Assembly (NCBI GenBank): GCA_010015585.1
Contig: ML975170.1
DNA: 64,000 bases
Reading direction: 5' to 3' (one strand)
Origin: Eremomyces bilateralis CBS 781.70
Lineage: Eukaryota
The position numbers and the translations under genes are program-made. Within the stretch, counting starts at the first letter, position 1; every line of letters begins with the position of its first letter. This document shows, one piece after another, positions 39,953 through 53,175 of this stretch. A model generated the notes under the pieces. It saw only the letters and a program-made list of their open reading frames with translations. It was not told the origin of the DNA and did not search any database.

Positions 39953-42900
39953 ATGGGGGTGGACACCCACCGTTCTCCCAAACGACCTCCACTTCCCGCA
40001 CCGACCGACACTTCCACCTCTGGCTGGGAGACCGGTCCCGGTGCCCAAGAGACGGATCTCGAGACGGATCTGTCAAGGCGAACCGATCGCACCGACAAGA
40101 CTTCGTACTCCATCCCCGAGGACGGATCCCCGGTCACGATTACGACAAAGAAGCGTAGAGATAGTGACGCGAAGGGCTCACATAACAGCCAGACGAGCTT
40201 GCTGATCGAATATTTCGAAGCCAGCAAAACCGAGGGAAAGGAAACCCGGCGACCCTCCGTCCGCGTGCGAGTCACTCCATCCGGTCGCAAATCCAAACGA
40301 GACGGGACCAGCGGCGATCACGTTCAGATCACCCAAACGGACCGCAATCGGACGCCGAGCTATACACGACGGATTAGCCTGAACAACAAGAGCGACAAAG
40401 TGCTGGAGGCGAGCGAAATTAGCAACAGCGATCGAAGCAATCTGAGCACCATTCCTCCCGTCGAAGTCGAGTTCATCGAACAGAGCGATATCAGTCGAAG
40501 CGACATCAGCCGAGGACCGGCTTTTATCGCTGGATCGGATATCTCTTCGATGCCCCCAGACAGCATGCTCGAAGGCTCCGGCGAGCCTGCCTTCCGCAGC
40601 CCGAAGAAGTCCCAAGCTATTAGAGAAGAGGAGAGGATCGAAGAGACGGTACCGGTCCCGGTCGATACGCTAAAAGCACCCACTCGAAGCCGAAGCCTGA
40701 GCCGTGAACGCCTTACACAGAAAGCGGTGGAAAAGATCATGAGTCAACAACGCGGCGAGCGAGGGGCCGCTTCGTCGACCAAAGTCAAGGGCGTCGAACG
40801 CCGCTCCAGCAGAGATGCCGATGCGAAAGGTGCTTTGCTTGGATCGGAATTGTCCCACAAAAGCGACCGATCGGGGACCTCTGCGATTAGTGGAACCTCG
40901 AGCATCAACAACCCGAAACTCCTGGCTACCGTGGAAGATGCAATTCGCCGTCTTATCCTCCCGGAAATTACCACCCTGCGAGAAGAGCAGGCCCGGTATA
41001 AGAAAGCCTACTTGCGAGATTCCATCACTTCGACTGGAACGGGCAGCTCGTACGCCACTGACGGCAGACGGCGTGTCTCCAAAGTCAGCAGCGAACCGCG
41101 CATTCGGAGCGGAAGCTACGATCATGACGTCCCTTCCGTTTTCACGGACGATCACGGTGAAATGGTTGAAGGAGGTCGACGCCGTCATCGCCGCAGCAGC
41201 AAAGACAGTTCGAGCACGGTTCGAGAGGAAGAACGCGCTCACGTCCATCGCAAGTCGAGTGGCGAAAAGAGCGGTGGTCGAGCGCGCGATGTTGCGGCTG
41301 GCGCATTGGCCGGCGCCGCTGCGACCGCCTTGACCGCTGCGGCATTGAAGAAGCACGACAGCTCGGGTAACCTTGATCGACGCGAGAGGCGCAAGAGAAA
41401 AGGGAGCACCTCAAAGAGTGGAAGCCGTAGTCGCAGAGAAAGCGTTTCCGAAAGCTATGAGGAGACCCGAAGAGAGGCGGGTCCCATCCCCCCAATGCCC
41501 ATGCAAAGCGAACTGGTTTCCGATGTCACGAGAGACTCGATCCGGAGCATTCCAACCGATGTGACTGCGGGTCCGCTTGACCGAGGATCATTCACACCGA
41601 AAGGAAAAACCCGAAGCAAGTCTTCCTTGAAAGAGCGGGAAATCATGGAAGTATCAAGAGGGTCGCCCAGACATATCACCAGCCCGACGACAAGAACCCC
41701 CACAAGGACTCCGGTGAGCCTGAAGCACGGCCTGGGCACGTACCACGATAACCTTTCACCCGTCGAGACTGTCCGCAGCGCGAGAAGCGAAAAGGACGTC
41801 GTCAGTTCTGGGAAACCCACCCAGGCCAGCGCGGGCGCTGGTATGGCTATCACACCCGCTGCAATGGCTGCGGCGGCCGCGATCGCAAGGCTAAAGCCCG
41901 GGGAATTCGATGATGTTTCGGAGGAAGCTTTTGACGGTGCCACTGCGCAAACTCCATCTCGAAGTGTCGTTTCGCCGATCCAAAGCGTCGACTCTTATCG
42001 CGACGAGAACGATCTCACCATGGCGGGTGCTCTTGGAAGCCCCGACAGCATGTCACGATCAGGGACAACGAGACCATATCGACCGCATGGATTTAGTATG
42101 GAGCGAAGCCACGAGGTCATGGGACAATTCACTCCCAGCCCTTCACGCATTCGTGCAGCCGGGACGCCAGGCAAAGATTCTCCGATTGAGCCTGGTGGTA
42201 TCGAACGTGAGGCTGAAGAGTTCTTCCGCCGCGCCCATGAGGAGAATGATCGGTACCGAAACGAGATGAGTACGGAGCCTGTCACGTTCGGACCCGAATC
42301 TCTTGACGACTACGAAACCAGACGACTCACCCGAATCACGGAAAATACAGAAGATGACTGGACGGCGGACCAACAGAATCTGCGTGAAGTTGGCCAGACG
42401 ACCGAGTACGTTCGGACCCCTCTCGCTGTCGAGAGCGCCGTCGCGAGTCTCCTGGATCCGAGTACACTGAGCGTTCGGAGTAGCCAAGGAAGCCATCTCG
42501 ATGCTCCGCATAGTCAAGCCGGCTCCGCAACACTAGATCGTGGACTCGCACAAGATGTCGACAGCCCGCGCAATTTGCAGCACGAAACTAGCGGCGAACG
42601 ATGGGGCGCGATTCGAGACCAGGCACGTTCTTTGAAGGAGGAGAATTCGATCGATAGAGTCCACCATACTCCGACCAGCAAACAATCGCGCGAGACGCCC
42701 TTGTTGCAGATGGAGTCTCCGACTCAGACCGCTTCAATCCGTGCTGTGAGTCGGGAGCTACAGCGAGAGCCTTCAGTGACGATGTCTGCCCGTGGAATCC
42801 CTGGCCAGGATGAGCCGGCGATTGGCTTCATTCCAGACGATGAGAGCGATATCATCACGAATCCGACCGAGATCCAAGGCGCGAAGAGGCTGAGCGGCAG

Positions 42901-45504
42901 TGACAAACTAGGATTTGACAAGCGAGCAGCCCTTGCTGCGGCGGCGGCTGGTGCGGTTATGGAAATCGGGGCTCGCGGCTTGTCGCGGGGAAAGAATAGC
43001 GGAGAGCACGTCGACCCGATCGGCAAGGAGGTTGATGCTCGGGGATACATGCAGCCGACAGTGGACGATGAGTACAACGAGGATCCTGGCTATGATCCAG
43101 TGCATGAAGCTGCGGAACCGGGTCAAAAAGCCGAATTGTCACGAAACATTCCCATGGCCAATAACGATGAGGGGTATCAGACGGACACGCACATGAAGGC
43201 GCAACCATTTGCCCGCGAAGATGAGGATATGGATGATGAGTATCCGGATGTCCAAAGCCGCGCGAAGTACCTCTCCGGCATGAGTGCCGGGATGGAGTCT
43301 CCCCTTTACGACTCGGCAACCGGGCGAGGCATTGATCGAATCAAGAGCAAAGATGTTGTGGCTCTCATGGACCACCTCACCGTTCGAGACGCCCAGCGGA
43401 ACGCCCGCGATACCGAGATTCTCGTCACCCTCGTCCGAAGCGCGGCCGAGATGCGCACGCAGTGGGAAGAGATGAAGCGCTTCATCCGAGAGCAGGACGG
43501 CATGGTTATGAGCAATGCAGATCGCAATGCAGACATCACCGTTCAACGGGTTCTAGGTGGCCCTCGTCCACAGCCACTCGGCAGTCCTCGGGCTCCTCGA
43601 GGTGCATCCAGCGAAGAGACGGACGAAATGTCGAAAAAGCGTGAAAATGTGTTCCGCCGGGCCCTCAAGGGCTTGAGCATGAAGGGCAACAGCGATCTGA
43701 CAAAGATTGAGGATATGCTCATGCAGCTGTTGTCGGAAGTCGAAGGCCTGAAGCTGACACAGGGCATGTCCGCAAATATGACGGTTGCCTCTAGGACTCA
43801 GCCGGCAAGCGTGAACAGCTACGAGCATCTACGTACAGCGGATCCTGGTTACGAGCCCGAGGGACGGGCCGGGACGAACAGCTCTCCAAACCAGAGCGGG
43901 TATTTTTCCAATCCCAGCTCGCGGCACGTGAATGGTCTGCATTCAGGCTATGATGGACGAGGTGGAAGCGAAGGCCACGCCCGAGGAAACCGCATCAGCA
44001 CTGTGCTTGAGGGCGACGAAGATGAGCAGGATTATGACGTTCGTGCCCCACTGACTAGTCATCCATACACTTCGGCCAAGGCACAAGCCGCTGCGGATCA
44101 GAGGCTCCTGACGCCTACCCAGGAGGCTTATCGAAACAAAGCTAAGGCAAGGGCACCTAGTGCCGAGATGGAGAAGCATCTGACACCGCCTCGTCAGACC
44201 GCAGGACAATTCCAGCAGGGAAGCAGCACCGAGAATACCCCAGCGCGAACATCTGAGAAGAAGCACAAGTCAACCTCCAGTTCTCTGTTCGGGATTCCAC
44301 GTATGTCTCGCTGGAGCAAGACGACCGCATCGACCGCGGCTCCCGACTCCACTGGTCTCCAAGGCAGCACTGGACCCCGCCAACGACCTTTCTCCGATGC
44401 CAGTCGCAGCGGTAGCAACTTGGATGTCACGCAATACGATGATGGTACCTACGCCGTCCATGATGAGGATCGTCTTCGCAGCACCAACTCACTCGCCCAC
44501 GAAGGGCAGGCGCAACTATCTCCGGTTGTTCAAGCATCTGCCACGTACATGCCCACCGCAGCTGGCGACATCGACATGCCTCATGGTATTCCACGGTCGC
44601 CCTCCCCGCTTATCCCTGAAACGGCTTCGGGACGGTCGAAGGCATCCGTCATATCACAGGAGGATCCGAAATACCAAGCCCATCGCAACAGCCTCAATCT
44701 CCAGCATCCACAGCCACGTCAAGGACAGACTGGACGTCACCAGAACCATCTGGAAGGGGTTGCGACCAGCTTCGATCCGAAGGACTTCGGTCTTGGATCC
44801 GATCTTTCGGGCGTCAGCAACACCACCTCCGGCATAGCGCAGCCACAGGACCAATGGGGATCGGAGCCGGCCCTCGCGCTGAATCGGCAGCGATTCTCCG
44901 GCAGCTCGGGCGGCTCGTACCGTGATGACGGACCGCTCGTCCCTGCGCCGGCCACTCAGACGGGCGCATCCCGAAGTAGCTACGCCGAGCGTGCGCAAGC
45001 GCAAGCGCAAGCGCAGTCCCCGACCAAGCCACGAAAAGCGGCCGTCGATGCCCGCGAGCATCTCACCGACGAGGAGGACCACTCCACGGACGACGAGTCG
45101 GACGCACGATACGTCGGTCCGACACTGACCAGCATGCCGCCGGCGCCACCCAACACGCTTGCAGGCTACCAGGCCGCACCGCCGCTTGCGCCCATTCAGG
45201 AGGTCCCGAGCGTGCGATACAGCTTGGATGAAGGCAGCTTGCGGGACATGCGCGAAGAATTGACGCCGAGTCCGAGCCTGCGGAACCAGCCGCGGATGCA
45301 GACGCCAACGAGAAAGATTACAGGGCCCCGGCCAATGCCTGGCGCAGCACCGAGGAATGGGAGTGGAATGAGGGAGATGATGAGCAAGAAGAGTTTTGGT
45401 GAGTGCAGCATGCGCACCCGTTGAAGATAGAGTTGAATGCTAACCCTTTGGCCTCAGATTCCCTGGAGAGCTATCGCGATAGTGTGGATAGCGAGACGTT
45501 CTAA
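39953..45504 (+). CDS. Large (~1830 aa) conserved, mostly disordered Pezizomycotina protein with short helical islands
   Basis: A 5.4-kb open frame plus a terminal exon after intron 45399-45457 (GTGAGT...GCTAAC...CAG). Islands SQTSLLIEYFE, VEDAIRRLILPE and LMDHLTVRDAQRNARDTEILVTLVRSAAEMR sit in S/R/P/E-rich sequence. Confidence 0.85.
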
Positions 45505-47101
45505 ATCAGGAGCAAGGTCACTGGTTGAATAGTCCCCGGGAGCAGGATAAAGATTGCTAGCACCCATTTTTTATGCGGATGACGAGCGCTTTACGAATGA
45601 TCACGACGTGACGACCTGGAAGACTTCACTCCGGCACACCCTTTCGATTCGTTAATTCCTCATCAGCATGATGGTTTAACCTATGGCGTTTTTCGGTCGT
45701 CTTTCACTTGCCATTACTCACATCTCCGCGTTCAAGCGGACTAGAAAACGGACATCGGCCTGGTGCGTTGGGATGCTGGTGAAGACATATGGACATGCTC
45801 CAGGAACGGGCTCCAAGGCCGGATTCCTGGGAAGGTAGATACTGCAATCAGGTCAATACGTGTATAGCAATCACTTAATATATTTACAGTCTGCGCGAGG
45901 GAGATTGAATTACATACTATCCGGTCATGCTTCACATGATATGATCCTCTAGCCGCATTCATCCTTGAATCACATTTCCCAGTCCTCGTACCTGGAGTCT
46001 CGTATAATTGTAGGCCAATCATCTTGCCTACCTGTGAACGTCCAGCTAGATGGACGCCAGTTGGTCACCAAGCTCCTCTTACTGACTGCATCACGCCGAT
46101 GCGATTCCTCAACTAGGAATGTCGGTCCTTTGCTGGAACCCGGCTATCCGGCCCTCGACTCTCGAGACACCAACATCCACCATCTGGAGTGCGGTCTGGC
46201 AATTGGGCACGATCATTTTGAGGAATAAGTATCGCCGGACGAAATTGGACTGTCTTAGAAGGTGGACGGAGTTAGACCCTAATACCGTAAAGTACATCTT
46301 CTGTATTCTGTTGCATGCACAGCAGAAAGGCCAGAGTGGAGACACTGCCACGCCATATGTATCTATGACAACTGATACGGGATGGCATCAGTTTGTACTA
46401 AGTTGAGGCTTAACTACATACGGTACAGGCGAAGTTGGGTTTCTGTTGCTGTGATATCGCATCATCCACCCCCTGCCCCCTCCTTCGCCCTCTCCGTTAA
46501 TCCTGCTCCGTTTTTCGGCGTCTCAGTCCCATCACCCATGGAATCCAGCACTGTACTGTGAACACAATTGCTTCCAACAATCCAGCATTACCCACAACCA
46601 TTTAGCAAGGGCGCGAATGACAAATGCGTTCGGGGACTGACGTATCTAGTCGCTGGTGTGGCTCGGAGGTTTCCCGGTGGTGCCAGGGGGGAAGATATTA
46701 GATCTGATTTTTGACCTTCCGTTCCCGCGTGGCGAACAGAAGTTACCCAACTACTGAGATACTAATATTAATTAATTGAACGTACGGCACGGTACGGTAC
46801 TTACCCAGGACAGTACTTAGTTTCCTATCAATCGTTTTTCAGAAGCCTCATATACACTCGGTCTTCCACCCGTATTCCCCCCCCTCCACTCGCACATACA
46901 TGCTATCTCTCCCTCTCGCTCTCGCTATCTCCCTTTCTCCCATACACACGCTCTCTCTTAAAACCGTCAGACACCTTAGACTTCCCTCACAAGTGGATTC
47001 ACCTCCTATCGAATCTTTATTACCACTTCTCAGCCGTTTGGGGACAATTCCCGACTCCTCCCATCTCGGTTCCAGTGACTCCGTCACTCTAGGACGTTGC
47101 A

Positions 47102-48187
47102 ATGGAAATAAACCCCACCACCACTGCTGAAGCAGCACTTCATACTCTTCCAACCCCTCAAGGCACTCCTCCAATGTCGGCTGTCACTCCTCTAGACAGT
47201 GTGCCTTCGTCGTCCTCGGCTTCTTCCGACAGCGGCGCGGTCGATACTCCTCCAACGATCGACCATCTCTCCGACTCGAATCGACCAACAATGAATCTCA
47301 AACGCAAACGAAGCAACTCCTGCATCCCCTCGCTAGCTCCCTCCGGGACCCTCACCCCCGAAGAGGATCAGGATGTTCTCATTCCCGCCGCGAAGAAACT
47401 CCACACCCCCTCATCCACCTCCACCCAAGCCTCCTACATCCTGAACAATACCGCCAACGCCCTCCTGTCCCTCACATCGCTCTACGACACCTCCACATCC
47501 GCCCAGGGCTCCCTCCGCCGCGCCGTTCAGCTCCTCGCACAAACGCAGTTGACTGGGCACAAGATCATCACATGCGGGGTCGGCAAATCCGGTTTCGTCG
47601 CGCAGAAGCTATCGGCCATGCTCAAGAGCCTAGGGATCGCGTCGAGCTACATGAGCGCCGCGGAGGCGACCCATGGGGATCTGGGAGATGTCCGAGGACC
47701 GCACAGCCCCGCCTTTGGTCGGCATGTTCGGGAACCGGGATGGAGCTTGGATGGGAATGTACGGAGGGGAGCGGACTCGATCGTCTTCATTAGCTACAGT
47801 GGCCGGACGGAGGAACTGCTGCGCGTGCGCGACCGTTTGCCGCGCGGAGTTGGCCTTGTAGCGATTTCAGGCGTGCAAAGCGCGGCGCAGTGCGCACTTC
47901 TTGCGTCTCCAGAGACGTCCACGAAGGACGAAGGCGATGGTCACGATTGCGTACCTCTTGGCGAAGGGGAGAGGGTGCTGTTGCCGGCGCCGATTCCCGA
48001 GTCGGAAGAGGCAACATATGGGGTGGCTACACCCACCACGAGCGCACTGGTCGCAATGGCGGTGTCAGACATGCTGGCACTCTGCATCGCGGAGGAATTG
48101 TTTGAAGGAGATCGGGACCGGATGAAAGAGGTATTCAAGCGGAATCATCCTGGCGGTGCGATTGGTGAGAAGTCAAGTAAGAAGTGA
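47102..48187 (+). CDS. SIS-domain sugar-phosphate isomerase-like protein (KpsF/GutQ family, no CBS domains)
   Basis: IITCGVGKSGFVAQKLSA, AAEATHGDLG, ISYSGRTEEL, PTTSALVAMAVSDMLA and FKRNHPGGAIG. Confidence 0.88.
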   Translation: MEINPTTTAEAALHTLPTPQGTPPMSAVTPLDSVPSSSSASSDSGAVDTPPTIDHLSDSNRPTMNLKRKRSNSCIPSLAPSGTLTPEEDQDVLIPAAKKLHTPSSTSTQASYILNNTANALLSLTSLYDTSTSAQGSLRRAVQLLAQTQLTGHKIITCGVGKSGFVAQKLSAMLKSLGIASSYMSAAEATHGDLGDVRGPHSPAFGRHVREPGWSLDGNVRRGADSIVFISYSGRTEELLRVRDRLPRGVGLVAISGVQSAAQCALLASPETSTKDEGDGHDCVPLGEGERVLLPAPIPESEEATYGVATPTTSALVAMAVSDMLALCIAEELFEGDRDRMKEVFKRNHPGGAIGEKSSKK

Positions 48188-48512
48188 GCCCCCCCTCATC
48201 GGCAGGTCTTCACGTCCGGGCTTGTTCGTCCCTGATTTTGGATATGATATCACCAGGCATGGATTGGATTTCTCGAATGTAGAAATGAATTAGGGAGTAG
48301 CTTCTATGAAATTATGGACAGCGTAGCTCAATGTGAGCGTCAAAGATCGCAGCACATGGGTATCAATTCGTCCCTCGGGTCATCGTAAATTCAGAAAAAG
48401 AAGAGCATGAACGTGAAATCGTGGACCCAACGCCTTATATTGGGCCAAGGCGCCGTGTTAATGCCAACTGGTCAAAAATAGCAACCGAACACCGGCACTC
48501 AGGCCTTCAAAT

Positions 48513-49413
48513 TCATCGAGTGACTGCTCGTAGTAGCGGCGCATCCTCTGCAGCCTGCTCCTCTGGTATCGACTCCTGTTCCGGATCACCGTCTTCCACG
48601 TCCTTGACTCTCGCCCCATCGTAGACCAGAACTGGGTCCTGCTTGCTCGCACGCCACTCCACAAACGCGGCATACGCCAGTCCCGCGAGCCAGGGAAGTT
48701 GCATGCCGAGTACGACGACTAGCCCTTTGACGATATCCAGTGCGCTACCGTGTTCGAGAACGAGGGCCACAATGAAGAGAACCATCCATCCGGCTAGGGA
48801 AGCGAAGAGTTTCGCCCATTGAAGGCGTGTGAAGGTACGCGGGAAGAGTAGGGAGCGGGAGAAGAGGATGATTTCGGCGAGGATAAGGGTGAGGAGGCAA
48901 AGGGCCGCCAAGATTAGAAGAATGGTAGGGAAGCTTCAGAACCAGTCAGTACAGCGACATTATCAAGGTCAAAAAATGATCCAGGAGTCCATACTTATCC
49001 CAGAACGTGGGGTCCCTCCGCTCTCTCGTCAACGAATGCTGTACGGCCATCCACGCCGTGAAGGCGGTCGTCAACGTGAACTGCGTAAACCACAGCGGCA
49101 CCAACACAATCAGGTGCCACCGTCCTGTCGGCCGCCCATATGCAGCCGGAACGATGTGCATGTGTGGGGGCATCCCCGGGGGGTTATCCGGGTCATCCGC
49201 TTGCTCGGACAACTCCAGAGTTCTGTCGGACGTGGTGGAGGGGGGTCGGTTGGCCGCGGGGCCGAAGGTCGAGTAACCACGAGACGTCGTGCGCGATGGA
49301 GGACGAGGAGACTGAGACTGAGACGGTCGGGATGGAGAGGAGAAGAAGGTGAGTGCGGAGGATGGTTGTCGGGAGGGAGGGGTCTTAGGGAGGGTGGTAC
49401 CAGGAGGAGCCAT
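48513..49413 (-). CDS. Hypothetical multi-pass membrane protein (MARVEL-like, ~4 TM)
   Basis: Two ORFs join in phase across intron 48994-48934 (GTATGG...ACTGAC...AAG), giving four hydrophobic segments. Confidence 0.65.
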
Positions 49414-50078
49414 GGTGGGGCGGGCGCATTCGTTTCTTTGACGGTGGCAGGGCGCTAGGGAGGAACACGGTGAATTGGAGAGGAAGAGAGGGAAATAGGA
49501 AGAGAATCAGAGAAGTCGAGAAAGCACTTCTCGTCGGAAGAAGATAGGAGCAGAAGGGTTCGTAGGTTGAGGACTGAATGGTACAGCTGACTAGGGATCG
49601 GGACCAGACGATCCACGGTCTCCGTCGCGGTAGAGGCAAAGAAATTCTCTTTCACACAGGTATTAACGTGGACTCCACGAAGTAGGGTAGATCTGAGGTA
49701 TCTGAGGTAGGGTGGGATCGGTAGGTCTACATAGAAATCCCAACATTAGGAAAAGCGAAGGAAAAGGTCGAGAAGTGAGGTGACTGGAGGTCAATCAGGT
49801 CAGTAATCAAGTGATACTCCTTACAACGCAGGATGTCAGCGGAATGAATGTGGCTGAGGTGAGAGAGTGTGGCGCCTGAGATGTTAACCGTTCACGTGAT
49901 AAACATATCGTGATCACCTGACTTCCTGGTCGTCAGGATCCCGTGACTGATATATGCATTCTCCAAATTCCTGAGGGTCTTCGATTGACAATAATACGGG
50001 ATACCTCCAAACTACCCGTAATTAATAGACTGCGCCAAACAGCTGCCCTGCACAGCAGCACTGTCGCATGCCGTCAAG

Positions 50079-51182
50079 ATGCAGGGCTTCAATATGGGGC
50101 GGTATTATCCGCCCGATGCGACGGATGCCCCTAAATTCAACCAGACATCCCACCCGCTCGGCGCCCGCGCTCGGAAAATCAATCAGGGTATCCTGACCGT
50201 CCGCTTCGAGCTCCCCTTCGCGATCTGGTGCGAGCACTGCACTCCTCCCGCTATAATTGCGCAAGGAGTTCGCTTCAACGCCGAGAAAAAGAAGGTCGGG
50301 AACTATTACACGACTCCCATCTGGAGCTTTCGGATCAAGCACGGCGCATGCGGTGGTGGAATCGAGCTGCGGACGGACCCGAAGAATGCCGAGTATGTCG
50401 TGGCCGAGGGCGCGAAGAGGAGGGACTACGGGGAAGGGAAGGAGGAGGATAAGTGGGGGAAGTTTGGGGAGGTGCTGACGGAGGAGGAGAGGGAGAGGCG
50501 GAGAACTGACGCGTTTGCACGGCTGGAGGGGAAGAAGGCGGATGAAGGGCGAGCGGAGCCGGAGAGGGAGAGGGTCGAGGAGTTGGTCAACGTTAGGGAA
50601 AGAGACTGGGACGATCCGTATGAGGCAAACAAGAGGGTCCGACGGCAGTTCCGGGCGGAACGGAAAGTGCGGCAGCAAAATGAACGGGAAACAGAAGCGC
50701 TTCAGCAGAGGATCGGATGGGATGGTGAGATCCTGGAGCTCACGGCAGAGGACAAGACAAGGGCGGAGTTGGTGGACTTTGGAGAACGAGGGTCAATCGA
50801 AGACGATATCTCCCGTGTTAGTTCAAGGCCGATGCTTACAAAGGAGACGAACAGAGTCCACTCTACAACAACGGTCTCAAAACTCCGAACAAAGGCAAGC
50901 ATCGCGAAAGAGGAGCAGGCTGCTCGATTTCAACAGCAGCTTCAGCACAACACGCGGGCGGCGTTGAACCCGTTCGCCCTCAGCGCCGGCGATAAGAGAG
51001 CATCAATTCCTCCCACCATCGCCGGGATAAAACGTCGAGATCGCTCATCGGATACTGACGGTCACCCGCGATTGGCGAAAGCGGTTTCGATTGTGAAGGA
51101 TGCACCCATTACTGCTCCAGACGAGTTGCTGGTGAAGTCTAAACCAGACCTAGGTCTGACGGGATATGATTCCGACGATTGA
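50079..51182 (+). CDS. CWC16/Yju2-family splicing factor (Saf4/CCDC130-like)
   Basis: MQGFNMGRYYPPD, LTVRFELPFAIWCEHC, QGVRFNAEKKKVGNYYTTPIWSF and IELRTDPKNAEY. Confidence 0.9.
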   Translation: MQGFNMGRYYPPDATDAPKFNQTSHPLGARARKINQGILTVRFELPFAIWCEHCTPPAIIAQGVRFNAEKKKVGNYYTTPIWSFRIKHGACGGGIELRTDPKNAEYVVAEGAKRRDYGEGKEEDKWGKFGEVLTEEERERRRTDAFARLEGKKADEGRAEPERERVEELVNVRERDWDDPYEANKRVRRQFRAERKVRQQNERETEALQQRIGWDGEILELTAEDKTRAELVDFGERGSIEDDISRVSSRPMLTKETNRVHSTTTVSKLRTKASIAKEEQAARFQQQLQHNTRAALNPFALSAGDKRASIPPTIAGIKRRDRSSDTDGHPRLAKAVSIVKDAPITAPDELLVKSKPDLGLTGYDSDD

Positions 51183-52182
51183 GATGAGTTCACCAGGCAT
51201 GGTACGGAGCCTTGGTTGTTGCAGCATTGGGAAGGCGTTCTATACCCCGATTTCTCGAATATTAAATGACTTGGTCCGCTTCAGGGAGGACACGGAGTCA
51301 AGTTATGTCCTTTATGCTGTTGTACCACGCATCTCACACTCACGAGATCTACTGTCAGATTGCCGTGATATATGTACCTATTCAGTGATATTCACGACAT
51401 CTAGCCATTGCCAGCCCCACAAACCTAGCCACTCACAGTATGCCTCTAACTAAGAACAACGAGTGAAATGATGATGGGGGATGGTTATTGGCTGTCTATG
51501 AACCGCTACTAAAATATTGCGGTATGATATCCATTATTTACCAAGGATGAGAAATACCGCCGCGTGCTGAGAGGTTCACCCAAAGAGTGATCCACCACGG
51601 AAAAGAAGGCATCCAGCCTGCAAAGTGATGAATCCGACTCCTTCGTGCGTCTGTGTAACTACACTCTGCAGGATGGAGCAGGCGAACAGATCGATCAAAG
51701 CGGATGTCACAGAGGCGCCTCTATGGAGCATGAAGTTATGCACGGTGAGCGTTTAAGTTTGGATTTCTTGCATTTACGTTGCTGTCTCTAGTATGCATCG
51801 GTTCAATATGACTACCAAACCTCACTGGCGCGCAGAACGGTGCCATCGATTGCATTTTGCGCCGATAACGAGCCAGCAGCCGACGCACATCGCCGTCGTG
51901 ACCAGTTGATGTTCCACGAATAAGCGACGAAAGCAGAAATGAGGATGAATCAGCAGTATGGTACATCACTGCCAGTGCGACGCCTTCCCAGATAAAGTGT
52001 TGAGAAAACCGGAATCAACCCGAGAAACGCCATTCCAGCACCGTGTTACAGTGCAATGAGGCGATATGGACCGTCAATGATCGTCAAGTGAGCTCTTTTC
52101 CAGAGCGAAAAAGAGGGCGCGGAAATTCGCGGAGCGTGCCGTGACGGGGCAAAGCGACGTCGAAGTTCAAGGATGCTCGAAT

Positions 52183-53175
52183 TTACATCTCCATTTCGAA
52201 TTCCGCAACTTCCATCGTGGCTGGCGACGGTCCGGGAGTATTGGAAGGGGAAGTCCGCGACGCCGCACGAATGGTTTCTCCACGAGTAATGACGTGCTGC
52301 AGGACAGTGCCGTCGGCGGAGACCTCTTTGTTCGTAAGACTCTGAATCGCTTGATCGGCGTTGGCTCCGACCAGCTGCGCACAGCTGAGATCTTCTTTGA
52401 AGAGGTAGTAGCGTTCGTAAGGCGAGGATGGATCGGTGAGCGGGGACTGAAGGACCGTGCGAACGAGGTATGTATTAAGAGCTTCGCTGAAGAGGAGGAT
52501 GGAAGCGGAGCCAAGCGGATAATGGTTCTCGATGTAGCGTTCCCAGCCTTTGGATGCGTCGATGAGGTGAACCGAGAGACGCTTCCAGCCAATACCAAGG
52601 GTGATGTTGAGTTGGTCGATCGCATCAGTCGGGGTTGAAGGCATGGTGGCCGGGATGGCGGTCTCAAGAGCCTGGACATGGTTGCCGGCAGTGACACCGT
52701 TTTGGAGGCGCTGCGACTTGCGCGCGAGAGGTTCACGTGGCAAAGCACTGAATTTCTCCATCTCATCGCCTGGGAAGTGGGTTTGAGCCGAGATACCGAC
52801 CTGACACTCGGCAGCGATGTTGAGACTGAGCCCATCGGGGTAGAAGAGAGCCATTCCGGGATCGTGGATGGGTTCAGCGGATGGCGTAGATGCAGTGGAG
52901 CCATTGATGGTGCAGACTGCGAGGGGATCCGCAGGCTCGTCGCATGAGTCCAGGTCATCGAAGGAGCGCTTGCGGCCAGCAAGGTTGGTATTCGCCTTGG
53001 CGAGGTAGTTCATGGAGGGCGGGGCAGGGAAACGGGGTTGAAGGCGTTTGCGGCGAGGGAGAGTGCCGGCCATGACTTGATCGGGCTGGTCATGCTGGGG
53101 GTTGTTGAAGATGTTCGACGGCTGAGAGGGACCCAGGATAAGGGTGGGTGCGGACGCATAGTAATTGAGACCCAT
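52183..53175 (-). CDS. Conserved fungal hypothetical protein
   Basis: 330-aa ORF with coding-like codon usage and GCCGCCATG context; ordered C-terminal block LGIGWK...ASKGWERYIENHYPL...YYLFKEDL. Confidence 0.7.
   Translation of the reverse strand: MGLNYYASAPTLILGPSQPSNIFNNPQHDQPDQVMAGTLPRRKRLQPRFPAPPSMNYLAKANTNLAGRKRSFDDLDSCDEPADPLAVCTINGSTASTPSAEPIHDPGMALFYPDGLSLNIAAECQVGISAQTHFPGDEMEKFSALPREPLARKSQRLQNGVTAGNHVQALETAIPATMPSTPTDAIDQLNITLGIGWKRLSVHLIDASKGWERYIENHYPLGSASILLFSEALNTYLVRTVLQSPLTDPSSPYERYYLFKEDLSCAQLVGANADQAIQSLTNKEVSADGTVLQHVITRGETIRAASRTSPSNTPGPSPATMEVAEFEMEM

Noticed and set aside
40178..45417. Many antisense and alternative-frame ORFs over long genes (also over RPC1, ICL1 and CCT3)
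   Set aside because: These are shadow ORFs expected from GC-rich codon usage and have no independent motifs.
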